64,000 nt of DNA from Nitrospirota bacterium (GTDB lineage: Bacteria > Nitrospirota > UBA9217), in assembly GCA_963845065.1 (NCBI GenBank), contig CAWJQQ010000006.1, forward strand, positions 32,001 to 96,000, in the 5' to 3' direction. Below the pieces are notes generated by a model, which ran no database searches, was not told where the DNA came from, and worked only from the letters and a program-made list of their open reading frames with translations. Shown one piece after another: positions 30,994 to 40,502 of the stretch; within the stretch, counting starts at the first letter, position 1, and each line of letters begins with the position of its first letter. A program made the translations under genes and the position numbers.

Positions 30994-32553
30994 CTAATGC
31001 CGGAAGTGTCTCATCCCCGTCATGATCATGGCAATACCATGCTCTTCGGCTGCATTGATCACTTCTTCATCCTTCAGGGATCCGCCGGGCTGGATCACGG
31101 CCTTCACTCCTGCCTCGGCCGCTTCGTCAAGGCCGTCGCGAAATGGGAAAAAAGCATCGGAAGCCAGTACCGTCCCAATGAGCGGAAATTGCGCTTTAAT
31201 CTTTGCAATCCGAACGGAATCGAGACGGCTCATCTGGCCTGCTCCGATGCCAATTGTCCTGTCTTTGGTTGTGAACACGACGGCATTAGATTTCACGTGC
31301 TTACACACCTTCCATGCAAAGGAGAGAGCCTCATACTCGTCGTCAGTGGGATTCCGCTTCGTCGCCACGCGAAGAGCTTTCACGTCGGAGATCCTTCCTA
31401 GGTCGCGGTCCTGATAAATGAGACCGCCCACAATTTTTTTGAGGTCCATGCCCTCGGGCGTTCCCGTGACCGATGGGCCAATATCCAGAATCCGGACATC
31501 TTTTTTCTTCCGGAGTTCATCAAGAGCGTCCGGCGCAAACTCCGGCGCCACAACAACCTCTACAAAGGTCGCTGTCAACTCTTTCGCCGTATCATAGTCG
31601 ACCATGCGATTGAAGGCAATCACGCCGCCGAAAGCCGAAACCGGATCACAATCGCGTGCCTTTCGGTAAGCCTCGACGGGGGTAGGCGCCGTCGCAACAC
31701 CGCATGGATTGTTGTGTTTCACAATCACCGCTGCGGTTTGGCTATACTCCTTGGCGAGTTCGAGAGCGCTGTTCGCATCGAGGAAGTTATTGAACGACAT
31801 TTCCTTGCCTTGAAGTTGCTTGGCGCTGGACACAGAGGGTTCCTTGCGGCCAAACTCTCGGTAAAAAGCTCCCTGCTGATGCGGATTCTCACCATACCGT
31901 AGGTTTTGAATCTTTTCGAACTGAAGTGTCAGAATGTTCGGGAACCGCGTCTTTTCATCCGCCGGAACCTGGTTGTCAAGCCACGCCGAGATAGCGCTGT
32001 CGTAACGTGCCGTGTGCAGGAATACGGTTCTGCAGAGCTCAAAGCGAGTCTTGAGGGAAACCGCGCCGGTTTTCCGGATCTCTTCGAGTACCCGTCCGTA
32101 ATCTCGGGGAGAAACCACCACGGCTACATCGGTGTAGTTTTTCGCCGCAGAACGCAGCATCGTGGGCCCGCCAATGTCAATATTCTCGATCGCGTCTTCG
32201 AGCGTGCAGCCCGGCTTGGCAACGGTCTGCTCAAAGGGATAGAGGTTCACAACCACTAGGTCGATGGGCTCGATGCCGTATTGTTTCATCTGCTTCACGT
32301 GCTCGGTATTGTTTCGTCTTCCGAGCAGCCCGCCGTGGATCTTCGGGTGAAGCGTCTTGACCCTGCCATCGAGCATTTCGGGAAAGCCCGTAAACTCTGA
32401 AACGTCCTTGACATTCACGCCTGCATCACGAAGCATCTTCGCTGTGCCGCCAGTCGAAAGTATTTCGATCCCGAGCTCTGAAATTCCCCGGGCAAAATCC
32501 AATATGCCGTTCTTGTTGGAAACACTGATGAGCGCTCGAGTTATTTTGCCCAC
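30994..32553 (-). CDS. purH: bifunctional AICAR formyltransferase / IMP cyclohydrolase
   Basis: ALISVS, STGGT, GRVKTLHP, NIDIGGP, LRYGENPHQ, KHNNPCG, ASDAFFPF, RHFRH. Confidence 0.98.
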   Translation of the reverse strand: MGKITRALISVSNKNGILDFARGISELGIEILSTGGTAKMLRDAGVNVKDVSEFTGFPEMLDGRVKTLHPKIHGGLLGRRNNTEHVKQMKQYGIEPIDLVVVNLYPFEQTVAKPGCTLEDAIENIDIGGPTMLRSAAKNYTDVAVVVSPRDYGRVLEEIRKTGAVSLKTRFELCRTVFLHTARYDSAISAWLDNQVPADEKTRFPNILTLQFEKIQNLRYGENPHQQGAFYREFGRKEPSVSSAKQLQGKEMSFNNFLDANSALELAKEYSQTAAVIVKHNNPCGVATAPTPVEAYRKARDCDPVSAFGGVIAFNRMVDYDTAKELTATFVEVVVAPEFAPDALDELRKKKDVRILDIGPSVTGTPEGMDLKKIVGGLIYQDRDLGRISDVKALRVATKRNPTDDEYEALSFAWKVCKHVKSNAVVFTTKDRTIGIGAGQMSRLDSVRIAKIKAQFPLIGTVLASDAFFPFRDGLDEAAEAGVKAVIQPGGSLKDEEVINAAEEHGIAMIMTGMRHFRH

Positions 32554-32602
32554 GTAAGGGACCTCCGATACACCTGATGAAAACTACGGCAGAATGTGTA
32601 AA

Positions 32603-32631
32603 ATTTTAACCTAATGGACAGGGAAAGTCAA
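32603..32631 (-). promoter_or_regulatory. sigma-70 promoter of purH
   Basis: TTGACT-N17-TAAAAT about 50 bp upstream of the GTG start. Confidence 0.65.
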
Positions 32632-32854
32632 TTTGAATAGGGAGGGCGTTTTTTTGTTTCCTGCACCAACAGGAAACCCTACAGATGTTACCCCATCATA
32701 ACTCGACTCAAGGTCACATTAAGTAAGAAAATCAAGAGCAAAGGGCTTTGCCATCACCTTTTTGAAGCAGACTCCTCCCGACGTCATCGGGACGAACTAT
32801 GCGATAGCCTATTTCCGTATTCATTGTTTAACCTTTCCCTTCTAAATCCATAAA

Positions 32855-33340
32855 CTATTGCAATCTCACCCCGTCACCAACACTGATTCCCGATCCAGAA
32901 GCTGTCTCAACCACCCACTGAATCGGAGCGATGGAACGATATAGCTCCAAACTTCCCGGCTTGCAGTCCGAATATACCCGCAGCACTTTTTTATTCGGCC
33001 CGACAAAGATTATATCGATCGGATAAACAACGCTACCCATCCAGAACGTAACTGCTTCTGGTTTTGTAAATACGAACAGTGCCGCTTCATCAAGTTTCAA
33101 CATGCGGAAACCCTGCAGCCCTATCCTACGGGTATCGTTCGTATTACAGAAAAGCACGATTCGATACGTCCGCAGGGAAACATGATCGCCATGAGTAACT
33201 GCAATAATTGTCGGTGATGCCTTCTTTTCGGCAGAAAACGATTCTGCGCCGTGCGCAAATTTCACTTCAGCGGCTAGGGTCAGAATCCCGATCGCGATTG
33301 CCATCGTCGTCATTAGCGCGCCAACTCGAAAATATTCCAT
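32855..33340 (-). CDS. DUF192-domain protein (intact 3' part of a broken transporter fusion)
   Basis: RRIGLQG, ALFVF, FWMGSVVYPIDIIFV, WVVE..G..GISVGD; start uncertain. Confidence 0.65.
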   Translation of the reverse strand: MEYFRVGALMTTMAIAIGILTLAAEVKFAHGAESFSAEKKASPTIIAVTHGDHVSLRTYRIVLFCNTNDTRRIGLQGFRMLKLDEAALFVFTKPEAVTFWMGSVVYPIDIIFVGPNKKVLRVYSDCKPGSLELYRSIAPIQWVVETASGSGISVGDGVRLQ

Positions 33341-33760
33341 GAACCTGCTCTCGACGGTCTGCTTGGTCGGCTGGACCAGGATGGGATTGGCAACCGAACC
33401 GATGATCGTCAAATTCCCGGCCAGCGTGCTGCTCATAGCGAGGGTAAGCCAGGCCACCGTGCTGTCTCCGAGCGATTGAGCGGCGGCTTAAGCAGCATCA
33501 CTGCAGGCACGTTGTTCAACACATTTGACAGGACAGCCGAAACAACCAACAGCCCTGCTATGCTGCCAATCGGTGAAAGAGTTATAATATTACCAATGCT
33601 TTTGATCATAATTGCCGCAATTTCGGAGCTCCAGCGCCACGTATTAACGAGAGCGAAAGGTTCTTATCGGTCATAAGCTCGAAGAATCACGCAATGCGGA
33701 GATACACTGTAATGATCAACATCCCGAGCAGGAATAAAAGCATATGCAAGTTGGTGCCTA
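33341..33760 (-). pseudogene. ArsB/NhaD/YbiR-type anion transporter relic, internally deleted
   Basis: NLHMLLFLLGMLIITVYLRIA*FFE lies almost directly before VSAVLSNVLNNVPAVMLL, then a frameshift into WLTLAMSSTLAGNLTIIGSVAN. Confidence 0.75.
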
Positions 33761-33785
33761 GCTCCATCTTTGTATCCCGGCGCTT

Positions 33786-34997
33786 TCACTTTTTCCCCTG
33801 CTGTTCCATCTTTGCCTTCAGGATATCGCCGAGTGATCCCATGTTCATCGGCGCACCCTTTGCCTGCTCCTGATATTCTTTCAATGAGGCAGCCGCCTCT
33901 TCTTCCGCACGGCTGATCTCGGCCAGGGAGAGAGATAATTTTTTCTGCGCTGCGTCAACAGCTTCCACCTTTACTTCAACAGTCTGCCCCTCTTTGACCA
34001 CTTCCTTCGGATGGTTGATTCTCTTGCCAGCCCCTAATTTCGAAATATGAATAAGCCCATCCACCCCCTCTTTCAGCGTAACAAATGCACCAAATGCGGC
34101 AAGTCGCGATACGATGCCGGTATGATAGGATCCGATCAGGAGAGTGTTCGCAACCCTTTCCCAGGGGTCAGGCATCGCGTCTTTAAGGCTGAAAGTAAAC
34201 CGGTTCTGTTCCCAATCTAATTTTTTAATTATCACTTCGACCTTCTGGCCTACGGAAAGAATATCGCTTACCTTCTCGGTCCTCGTCCAGGCGATTTCCG
34301 AGACCGGTAACAGACCTTCAATGCCGCCGATATTTACGAAGGCGCCGAATTTCTGGATGGATGTTACTGTCCCCATCACCTTCATACCCTCTTTCAAAGT
34401 TGCCTTTAATTCGTCTACCTTGCCCTGCCGTTCCTTTTCCAAAATCGGTTTCCGGGACACGACCATGTTCCGCCCATTTTCCGAATATTCTATTATTACG
34501 AACGGCAACGAGCGGCCGGTGTACTCGAACAGCTGTTCCTCCCGCCGTAAGCCCATCTGGGAATAGGGGCAAAAAGCGCGAATACTACCCGCGATCTTGA
34601 TCTCAACCCCCCCCTTCATTTCTTTTACCACCGTACCGTCTACAGGAATCCCGTTTTTCCATGCGTCCTCAAGCTGGCTCTGTTTGCCCGGACCCGATCC
34701 TACCTTAGTCGTAAAATGCATTTCGTTATTTTCCGCGGATACGAAGTAGGCTCGGACTATATCACCTTCCTTGACCGTGATATTCTCAGCATCATTCATC
34801 ATTTCCTTCTTGTCTAGGTAGCCCTCACCCTTGCCGCCGAGATCGAGAAATATCCAGTCGCTTGATATCTTGACAATCTGCGCTTCGACCAGTTGGCCAG
34901 GTTCGAGCTTTCCGTGCTTTTTAAAGCTCTTTTCAAATAGCTCGGCAAAACTCTCTTCTTTATTTGACTCTTGTGCTGATTGATTATTGGTATTCAT
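33786..34997 (-). CDS. rpsA: 30S ribosomal protein S1, short 4-domain form
   Basis: repeated S1 motifs (FGAFVNIGGIEGLLPVSEI, FGAFVTLKEGVDGLIHISKL); may be a paralog. Confidence 0.85.
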   Translation of the reverse strand: MNTNNQSAQESNKEESFAELFEKSFKKHGKLEPGQLVEAQIVKISSDWIFLDLGGKGEGYLDKKEMMNDAENITVKEGDIVRAYFVSAENNEMHFTTKVGSGPGKQSQLEDAWKNGIPVDGTVVKEMKGGVEIKIAGSIRAFCPYSQMGLRREEQLFEYTGRSLPFVIIEYSENGRNMVVSRKPILEKERQGKVDELKATLKEGMKVMGTVTSIQKFGAFVNIGGIEGLLPVSEIAWTRTEKVSDILSVGQKVEVIIKKLDWEQNRFTFSLKDAMPDPWERVANTLLIGSYHTGIVSRLAAFGAFVTLKEGVDGLIHISKLGAGKRINHPKEVVKEGQTVEVKVEAVDAAQKKLSLSLAEISRAEEEAAASLKEYQEQAKGAPMNMGSLGDILKAKMEQQGKK

Positions 34998-35143
34998 AAA
35001 GTCCCTCTCGAAATATTTTATATTTTACCACCGAGTTACTGCGTCATGGAGCATGTCGAAAAATTCAATTTGCCACATATAATCACGAATTCACACTCTG
35101 ACCAATAACAAGAGTAAAAAATTAAACGCGCATAATGGAGGTT

Positions 35144-36523
35144 CTATGCGCATCCATCATTGGCAGCAATCATTTTCGTCTTTACCTCATGTCCTCCGTG
35201 GTGAAAATGTCGTGCCGTTCCCATCAGATCATACTCCGTTGCATCGGTGATCAGGACGTCAACGAACTCACCGGGCTCTGCTTCAGTTTCGGACAAGTAT
35301 ACCAAGCCGTCAATTTCCGGCGCCTGCGTCTGCATCCTGCCGATAAGCGCCATGTCCTCCATACCGTCAATAAGTATACGCTGAGTCGAACCAACGAGCG
35401 CGCGGTTCTTCTTGAGTGAAATCTTTGCCTGCGCTTTCATTATCCTTTTATACCGGCCCATCGCTGTCCCATGAGGCACTGTCGATGTTAGTTTGTAAGC
35501 AGAGGTTCCTTCTTCCGGAGAAAAGGTGAAGACACCGAGATGTTCGAACTCCACTTCTTTCACGAACGCGAGAAGCCGTTTGAATGCTGCTTCGGTCTCG
35601 CCAGGAAATCCAACAATGAGCGATGTGCGGAGCGCGACGCCGGGTATCCGTTCCCTCAGCAAGGCAATGGTTTTCCTGATATCCTCCGACGTCCCGCGGC
35701 GGTTCATGGCCGTGAGCACTTTATCATCAAAATGCTGGATTGGTATGTCGAGGTACTTGCAGACTTTCTCTTCACCAGCCATCACGATCGCGAGTTCCCT
35801 GCTGATCTTATGTGGATATGCGTACATGAGCCGCACCCAGCCGATGCCCTTAATACGAGCCAGCGACGTGAGGAGCGTAGAGAGATCCGTCTCATGATCG
35901 TGATATGCTGTCGAATCCTGAGCAAGGAGAATCAGCTCCTTCGCCCCTTCATCTACGAGTCGGCGCGCCTCGTCGAGAATCGAGACAGCGGGCCTGCTGA
36001 TGAAATCCCCCCGGATGATCGGGATGGCGCAATAGGAACAGCGGTTGCTGCATCCCTCGGCAATCTTTAGGTACCGGTAATGCACCGGCGTAGTGCTTAC
36101 TCTGGGGAGGCCGTAGACCATCTTGGGCGCAGACACTTCGATGAAGTTTCCTTTCCCGCCAAGCGCCTGCTTGCAAATCTCACTAATGCGGCCAATCTCA
36201 CCCGTCCCGATAACGGCATCGGCCTCGGGAAGCTCCCTCATAAGGTCTTCCTTGTACCGCTGAGCGAGGCAGCCGGCAATGATCACTTTGGAGCATCGGC
36301 CCTGCTGTTTCATTTTCCCCGCGTGGAGGATCGCTTCGATGGATTCTTCCTTGGCCGATTCGATAAATCCGCAGGTGTTAACGACGATGACGTCTGCTTT
36401 GTGCTGGTCAGGGGTAATTTCAAACCCCGAGCCCACGAGCACGCCGAGCATCTGCTCGGCATCAACCTGGTTCTTGGGACAGCCCAAGCTGATCATTCCT
36501 ATTTTATATCGCTTGTGAGTCAC
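35144..36523 (-). CDS. rimO: ribosomal protein S12 methylthiotransferase
   Basis: SLGCPKNQVDAE, VNTCGFIESAKEES, AEGCSNRCSYC, QAPEIDG, TRAM domain. Confidence 0.95.
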   Translation of the reverse strand: MTHKRYKIGMISLGCPKNQVDAEQMLGVLVGSGFEITPDQHKADVIVVNTCGFIESAKEESIEAILHAGKMKQQGRCSKVIIAGCLAQRYKEDLMRELPEADAVIGTGEIGRISEICKQALGGKGNFIEVSAPKMVYGLPRVSTTPVHYRYLKIAEGCSNRCSYCAIPIIRGDFISRPAVSILDEARRLVDEGAKELILLAQDSTAYHDHETDLSTLLTSLARIKGIGWVRLMYAYPHKISRELAIVMAGEEKVCKYLDIPIQHFDDKVLTAMNRRGTSEDIRKTIALLRERIPGVALRTSLIVGFPGETEAAFKRLLAFVKEVEFEHLGVFTFSPEEGTSAYKLTSTVPHGTAMGRYKRIMKAQAKISLKKNRALVGSTQRILIDGMEDMALIGRMQTQAPEIDGLVYLSETEAEPGEFVDVLITDATEYDLMGTARHFHHGGHEVKTKMIAANDGCA

Positions 36524-36633
36524 TGGTTTTATCTTGGGAATATACGTCCGCGCAGAGAGCAACGAAAACGGCAGGCACATGCAGCGGCAGGAATACTATA
36601 CCACGCGGGTTAACGTGAGACAACGAAAAACGG

Positions 36634-37092
36634 CTAAAATCCGCCGGACATGGCAAGGAAACTCGCCAGTTTCTCATTCGTCTCACGCAGGCGCTTCGAA
36701 AGCGTCTTCGTGAACGCCCAGAGAAGCTTGTAGCCCAGTTCACGGTCCATGATCAGGATCTTATCCAGGTCGTTTTTGTTGATTGCAAGTAGAGCGAGAT
36801 CGGTGTTGGCAATGGCATGCGCCGAACGCGGAAAGTTATCAATCAACGCCATCTCGCCGAAGTAATTACCAGGCTTCAAAACAGCGAGCGCCTCTTCTCC
36901 AATATTCGGTATAAACTTGCTAATCCGCACATCGCCGTTCGTGATAACATAACAGCGGTCTCCCGGATCTCCTTCCTTGAAAATCACTGTATCTTTGGCA
37001 AAGGCCTCTATGCGAGAGATCTTCTCAATCTTCTCCAGCTCATTGACCGAGAGCGCCTCAAACAAGTTTACCTTCTTCAAAAATTCAAGCAT
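36634..37092 (-). CDS. stand-alone cyclic nucleotide-binding domain protein
   Basis: IFKEGDPGD, YFGEMALIDNFPRSA; no HTH. Confidence 0.9.
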   Translation of the reverse strand: MLEFLKKVNLFEALSVNELEKIEKISRIEAFAKDTVIFKEGDPGDRCYVITNGDVRISKFIPNIGEEALAVLKPGNYFGEMALIDNFPRSAHAIANTDLALLAINKNDLDKILIMDRELGYKLLWAFTKTLSKRLRETNEKLASFLAMSGGF

Positions 37093-37101
37093 GCTGCACC
37101 C

Positions 37102-37471
37102 TCACACGCACATACGGCCCATCTTGAAGGCATTCTGGATGGGCTCCAGTTCTTTTTCAGCAGCAGAGCTGTTCGCCACAACATCGGACCAGCAGGGAAC
37201 GTGGTTGAGCTTTTTGTGCTTAATATTGCTAAAACTGCTTTATTCCTTCTCTGCTATTTCTGCGGTGTGACGGCCAGTCCGGCCCACCCAGGTTTTACTT
37301 GTCCTGGTCTTGACCTTGACGATCTGAAACTCAACCTGATGCAGAGCCAGGAGATCGGCCTCGCCGTTGCGTAGATTATTCCTCTCTAGGATATTGTATC
37401 CCTGCTTGGACAGAAATTGCATGGCTTGGTCTCGCCTTCCCTGCCGATTAGTTTTGGAAAACGAGGCTCAC
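37102..37471 (-). pseudogene. yraN: YraN-family nuclease pseudogene
   Basis: IGREGE / QGYNILERN..GEADL..VKVKTR / AVTPQK* / PCWSDVVA..IQNAF across frames; canonical position after rnhB. Confidence 0.85.
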
Positions 37472-38160
37472 AGTCGGTCTCTTCCCAGCATCCGAGCCAC
37501 AGGATTGAACGTCTTCCGGTGAGCATCGCAGGGCCCGTGCTTTTTGAGTGCTTCTAGATGTTCCCGCGTCCCATATCCTTTATGCTTCCTGAAATTGTAC
37601 TGGGGATACTGGTCATGCAATTCAAGCATCATTCGGTCTCGCGTAACCTTGGCAAGGATCGAAGCCGCTGCGATGCTATGACTGCGGCAATCGCCTTTAA
37701 TCAGGGGTTTCTGAAAAATCGGGACACGGGGAAGCGTAATAGCGTCAAGGAGAAGGTAGTCCGGCTGCGGATGGAGCGCATCGAGCGCTCGCTCCATTGC
37801 GACGATCGTGGCTTGGTAGATATTAATATCTTCAATAGTTCGTTCGTCAGCAATTCCAATGCCGTAGCATATTGCCTGCTCACGAATAATGTCGAAAAGC
37901 CTGTCCCTTTTCTTTTCGGAAATCTGCTTGGAGTCCGTAACCCCCGAGACTAGCAACCCATCGGGAAGCACCACTGCTGCAGCAACGACAGGCCCGGCCA
38001 GCGGCCCTCTTCCGGCCTCGTCAAGCCCTGCGATGCAGGTGTATCCTGCTTCGCATGCGCTCCGCTCAAAGAAATGCAGATCGCATGCAATCTCGCCTCT
38101 GAAAAAATCATCGTTTCGGTCTAGATTGACATCCCGGTTGCGGGGCCCGCCACGAGGCAT
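37468..38160 (-). CDS. rnhB: ribonuclease HII
   Basis: GLDEAGRGPLAGPV, DSKQ, IAAASILAKVTRD, KHKGYGT. Confidence 0.96.
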   Translation of the reverse strand: MPRGGPRNRDVNLDRNDDFFRGEIACDLHFFERSACEAGYTCIAGLDEAGRGPLAGPVVAAAVVLPDGLLVSGVTDSKQISEKKRDRLFDIIREQAICYGIGIADERTIEDINIYQATIVAMERALDALHPQPDYLLLDAITLPRVPIFQKPLIKGDCRSHSIAAASILAKVTRDRMMLELHDQYPQYNFRKHKGYGTREHLEALKKHGPCDAHRKTFNPVARMLGRDRL

Positions 38161-38276
38161 AAGAACCTCTTTCAAAGGGATATTCGAATATATACCAAAT
38201 ACGAAATCCTAAACAAAGACGGTTCCGACCGCATACATGTTTAGGATTTCGAGAGTCGTGCATCGCTTTTAAACGA

Positions 38277-38672
38277 TTACTTCTGCTCTGTAACCTCGGG
38301 TTCTGTTGCTCCCGCCACTGACGCAAATACGCGCTCCTTTTCCTTGATCCTGGCAGCCTTACCACGCAACTCGCGGAGGAAGTAAAGCTTGGCCCTGCGA
38401 ACCTTGCCTTCCTTGGCGAGTTCGATCTTTTCAATCATGGGGGAGTGAACCGGGAAGAGACGCTCGACTCCTACACCATAGGACAGTTTTCGAACACGGA
38501 TAATCTCACGCGCACCTGAACCCTGCCGACCGATGACTAACCCCTCAAATACCTGGATCCTTTCCTTGTCGCCTTCCACAACCTTCGCATGAACGCGGAT
38601 GGTGTCACCCACGCGGAAGTTCGGTATCCCTTCTTTTAATTGAGCCTTTTCCAAAGACTGAACAATATTCAT
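38277..38672 (-). CDS. rplS: 50S ribosomal protein L19
   Basis: [33 protein letters not shown]. Confidence 0.98.
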   Translation of the reverse strand: MNIVQSLEKAQLKEGIPNFRVGDTIRVHAKVVEGDKERIQVFEGLVIGRQGSGAREIIRVRKLSYGVGVERLFPVHSPMIEKIELAKEGKVRRAKLYFLRELRGKAARIKEKERVFASVAGATEPEVTEQK

Positions 38673-38746
38673 TGCAAACCTCCCTTAAACTATCATTGCG
38701 GAATGCGCATCTCGGATTTATTTATGCGCCGCATTCTACTAAATTA

Positions 38747-39526
38747 TTATATATCAGACTGTTTTTTCAGTTCTTCTAGTATTTTTTGATCTTCATTTGT
38801 CAAATCTGCACTTTCCAGAAGATCAGGCCTTTTCATGAGCGTCGCCCTGAGAGCTTCGCGCCGCCGCCATTTGTCGATTTCTGCATGATTGCCAGAGAGC
38901 AACACGTCAGGGACCTTCATTCCGTGAAACTCGGCAGGCCTTGTATAGTGCGGATGATCGAGAAGGCCGTCACCGAAGGAATCACGAAATGCTGATTCTT
39001 CATCGCCGAGCACTCCCGGTAAGAGCCTTGCCACTGCGTCAATCAACACGAGTGCCGCTAATTCTCCACCCGTCAGCACATAATCACCGATCGACAGCTC
39101 TTCATCGACCAGTGCATCGATGACACGCTCGTCGACCGCCTCGTAGTGACCGCAGAGCAAAACAATCCGTCGTTTTTCTTCGGAAAACCGCTTTGCCCTT
39201 TGCTGGTTCAGAACTCCGCCTTGAGGCGAGAGCAGAACTGTCAGAAAATGTTCTCCAGGATAGTCGGTCTTCATCGCCTCGAAAACCTTGAAGATCGGCT
39301 CCGGTTTAAGTACCATTCCAGCACCACCGCCATAAGGACTGTCATCGGTGGTTTTATGCCTGTCTTCGGTAAAGTCCCGAATGTCCCTGATCGTTACATT
39401 CAAGAGTCCTTTTTCCCGGCCTCGTTTGAGGATACTCGCATTCAGTGGCCCATCAAGCATTCTCGGAAACAGCGTGAGTACCTCAAAGTTCAATTTGCGC
39501 ATAGCCGGAACCGGTTCTTGCTTCAT
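38747..39526 (-). CDS. trmD: tRNA (guanine-N1)-methyltransferase
   Basis: TLFP, DDSPYGGGAGM, LSPQG, SIGDYVLTGGE, HYTRP. Confidence 0.97.
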   Translation of the reverse strand: MKQEPVPAMRKLNFEVLTLFPRMLDGPLNASILKRGREKGLLNVTIRDIRDFTEDRHKTTDDSPYGGGAGMVLKPEPIFKVFEAMKTDYPGEHFLTVLLSPQGGVLNQQRAKRFSEEKRRIVLLCGHYEAVDERVIDALVDEELSIGDYVLTGGELAALVLIDAVARLLPGVLGDEESAFRDSFGDGLLDHPHYTRPAEFHGMKVPDVLLSGNHAEIDKWRRREALRATLMKRPDLLESADLTNEDQKILEELKKQSDI

Positions 39527-40026
39527 TCTATCAGGCCGTCCATCAGATGAATGACCATCCGCTTTGATTTCCGGTCGATATCCTTGATCACCTCACGCGT
39601 TGCAGGAACATAAACCTCTTTCTTGCCGTGTTTTACAACGTAGACGTCATTGCTGCCGGTTTCCAAGATGTCCACAATCGATCCGAATCTCTCGCCGCTT
39701 TCGGACACGACTTCCATGCCGATGAGCTCGAACCAGTAGTACATACCTTCAGGTAGGGGAACGGCGTCTTCCGCTGGAACCTTTATGAACCAACCATTAA
39801 GCGCTTTGGCCTTTTCTGGAGAATCGAAACCGTTGAACCGAATGTACAGTGCACCGTCTGCATAGCGAACCTCTTGTATCTCGCAAATGGTTTCCTTTCC
39901 GACCGGAGAAACAAGATACACGCTCCGGAGCCCCTTAAATCGCTCAGGAAAGTCCGTCATGGGTTCGATTTTCATCTCACCGGTGACACCGTAGGGCTTC
40001 ACTATCCTGCCAACGATAATGAGCAT
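39523..40026 (-). CDS. rimM: 16S rRNA processing protein
   Basis: VGRIVKPYGVTG, YYWFELIG, TGSNDV; operon position. Confidence 0.95.
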   Translation of the reverse strand: MLIIVGRIVKPYGVTGEMKIEPMTDFPERFKGLRSVYLVSPVGKETICEIQEVRYADGALYIRFNGFDSPEKAKALNGWFIKVPAEDAVPLPEGMYYWFELIGMEVVSESGERFGSIVDILETGSNDVYVVKHGKKEVYVPATREVIKDIDRKSKRMVIHLMDGLIE

Positions 40027-40117
40027 CAATGATCCACTCTTCGCATCAGCAACCCGGTGAGGTACGGCTTTGCGTTTTTATATTCCGCAATCCGCATTCA
40101 GCAATTCGTATGCAAAA

Positions 40118-40381
40118 TTATTTCGCCTCGGCGTACTGCTTCATGACCCCCACTTTGGAAAGCAGGGTCTTGACCGTATCGGAGGGGACTGCGCCTTTCT
40201 TGAGCCAGCCGAGAGCCTTGTCTTGGTCGACATTGATCTCCGCCGGTTTCTTGAGCGGATCGTAGGTCCCAACCATCTCGATGAATCGGCCGTCCCGCGG
40301 CGAGCGAGAATCCGCAACCACCAGCCGGTAGTACGGCTTCTTGTGGGTTCCCATCCTCTTGAGTCTAATTCTTACTGCCAT
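40118..40381 (-). CDS. rpsP: 30S ribosomal protein S16
   Basis: [34 protein letters not shown]. Confidence 0.98.
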   Translation of the reverse strand: MAVRIRLKRMGTHKKPYYRLVVADSRSPRDGRFIEMVGTYDPLKKPAEINVDQDKALGWLKKGAVPSDTVKTLLSKVGVMKQYAEAK

Positions 40382-40502
40382 GTCTTCACCTCTTTCTTAA
40401 GAAAAGATAAACTCGATTCTCGTAAGCTCCAAGCTCGCAAAACAAAATACTATTAATTCTTTTCTCTACGTCCTTTGCGTATATGCGAGAAGGAGATTTA
40501 AA

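Noticed and set aside
32554..32640. ZTP (pfl) riboswitch expected upstream of purH
   Set aside because: The promoter leaves only about 45 nt of leader and no pfl motif is visible
32695..32805. Possible MITE with weak terminal repeats and a TCCCGA-CGTCA-TCGGGA hairpin
   Set aside because: Ends match only about 7 of 9 and there is no second copy or target duplication
33786..34997. Short S1 as a novelty
   Set aside because: Four-domain S1 proteins and S1 paralogs are known; cannot judge without the rest of the genome
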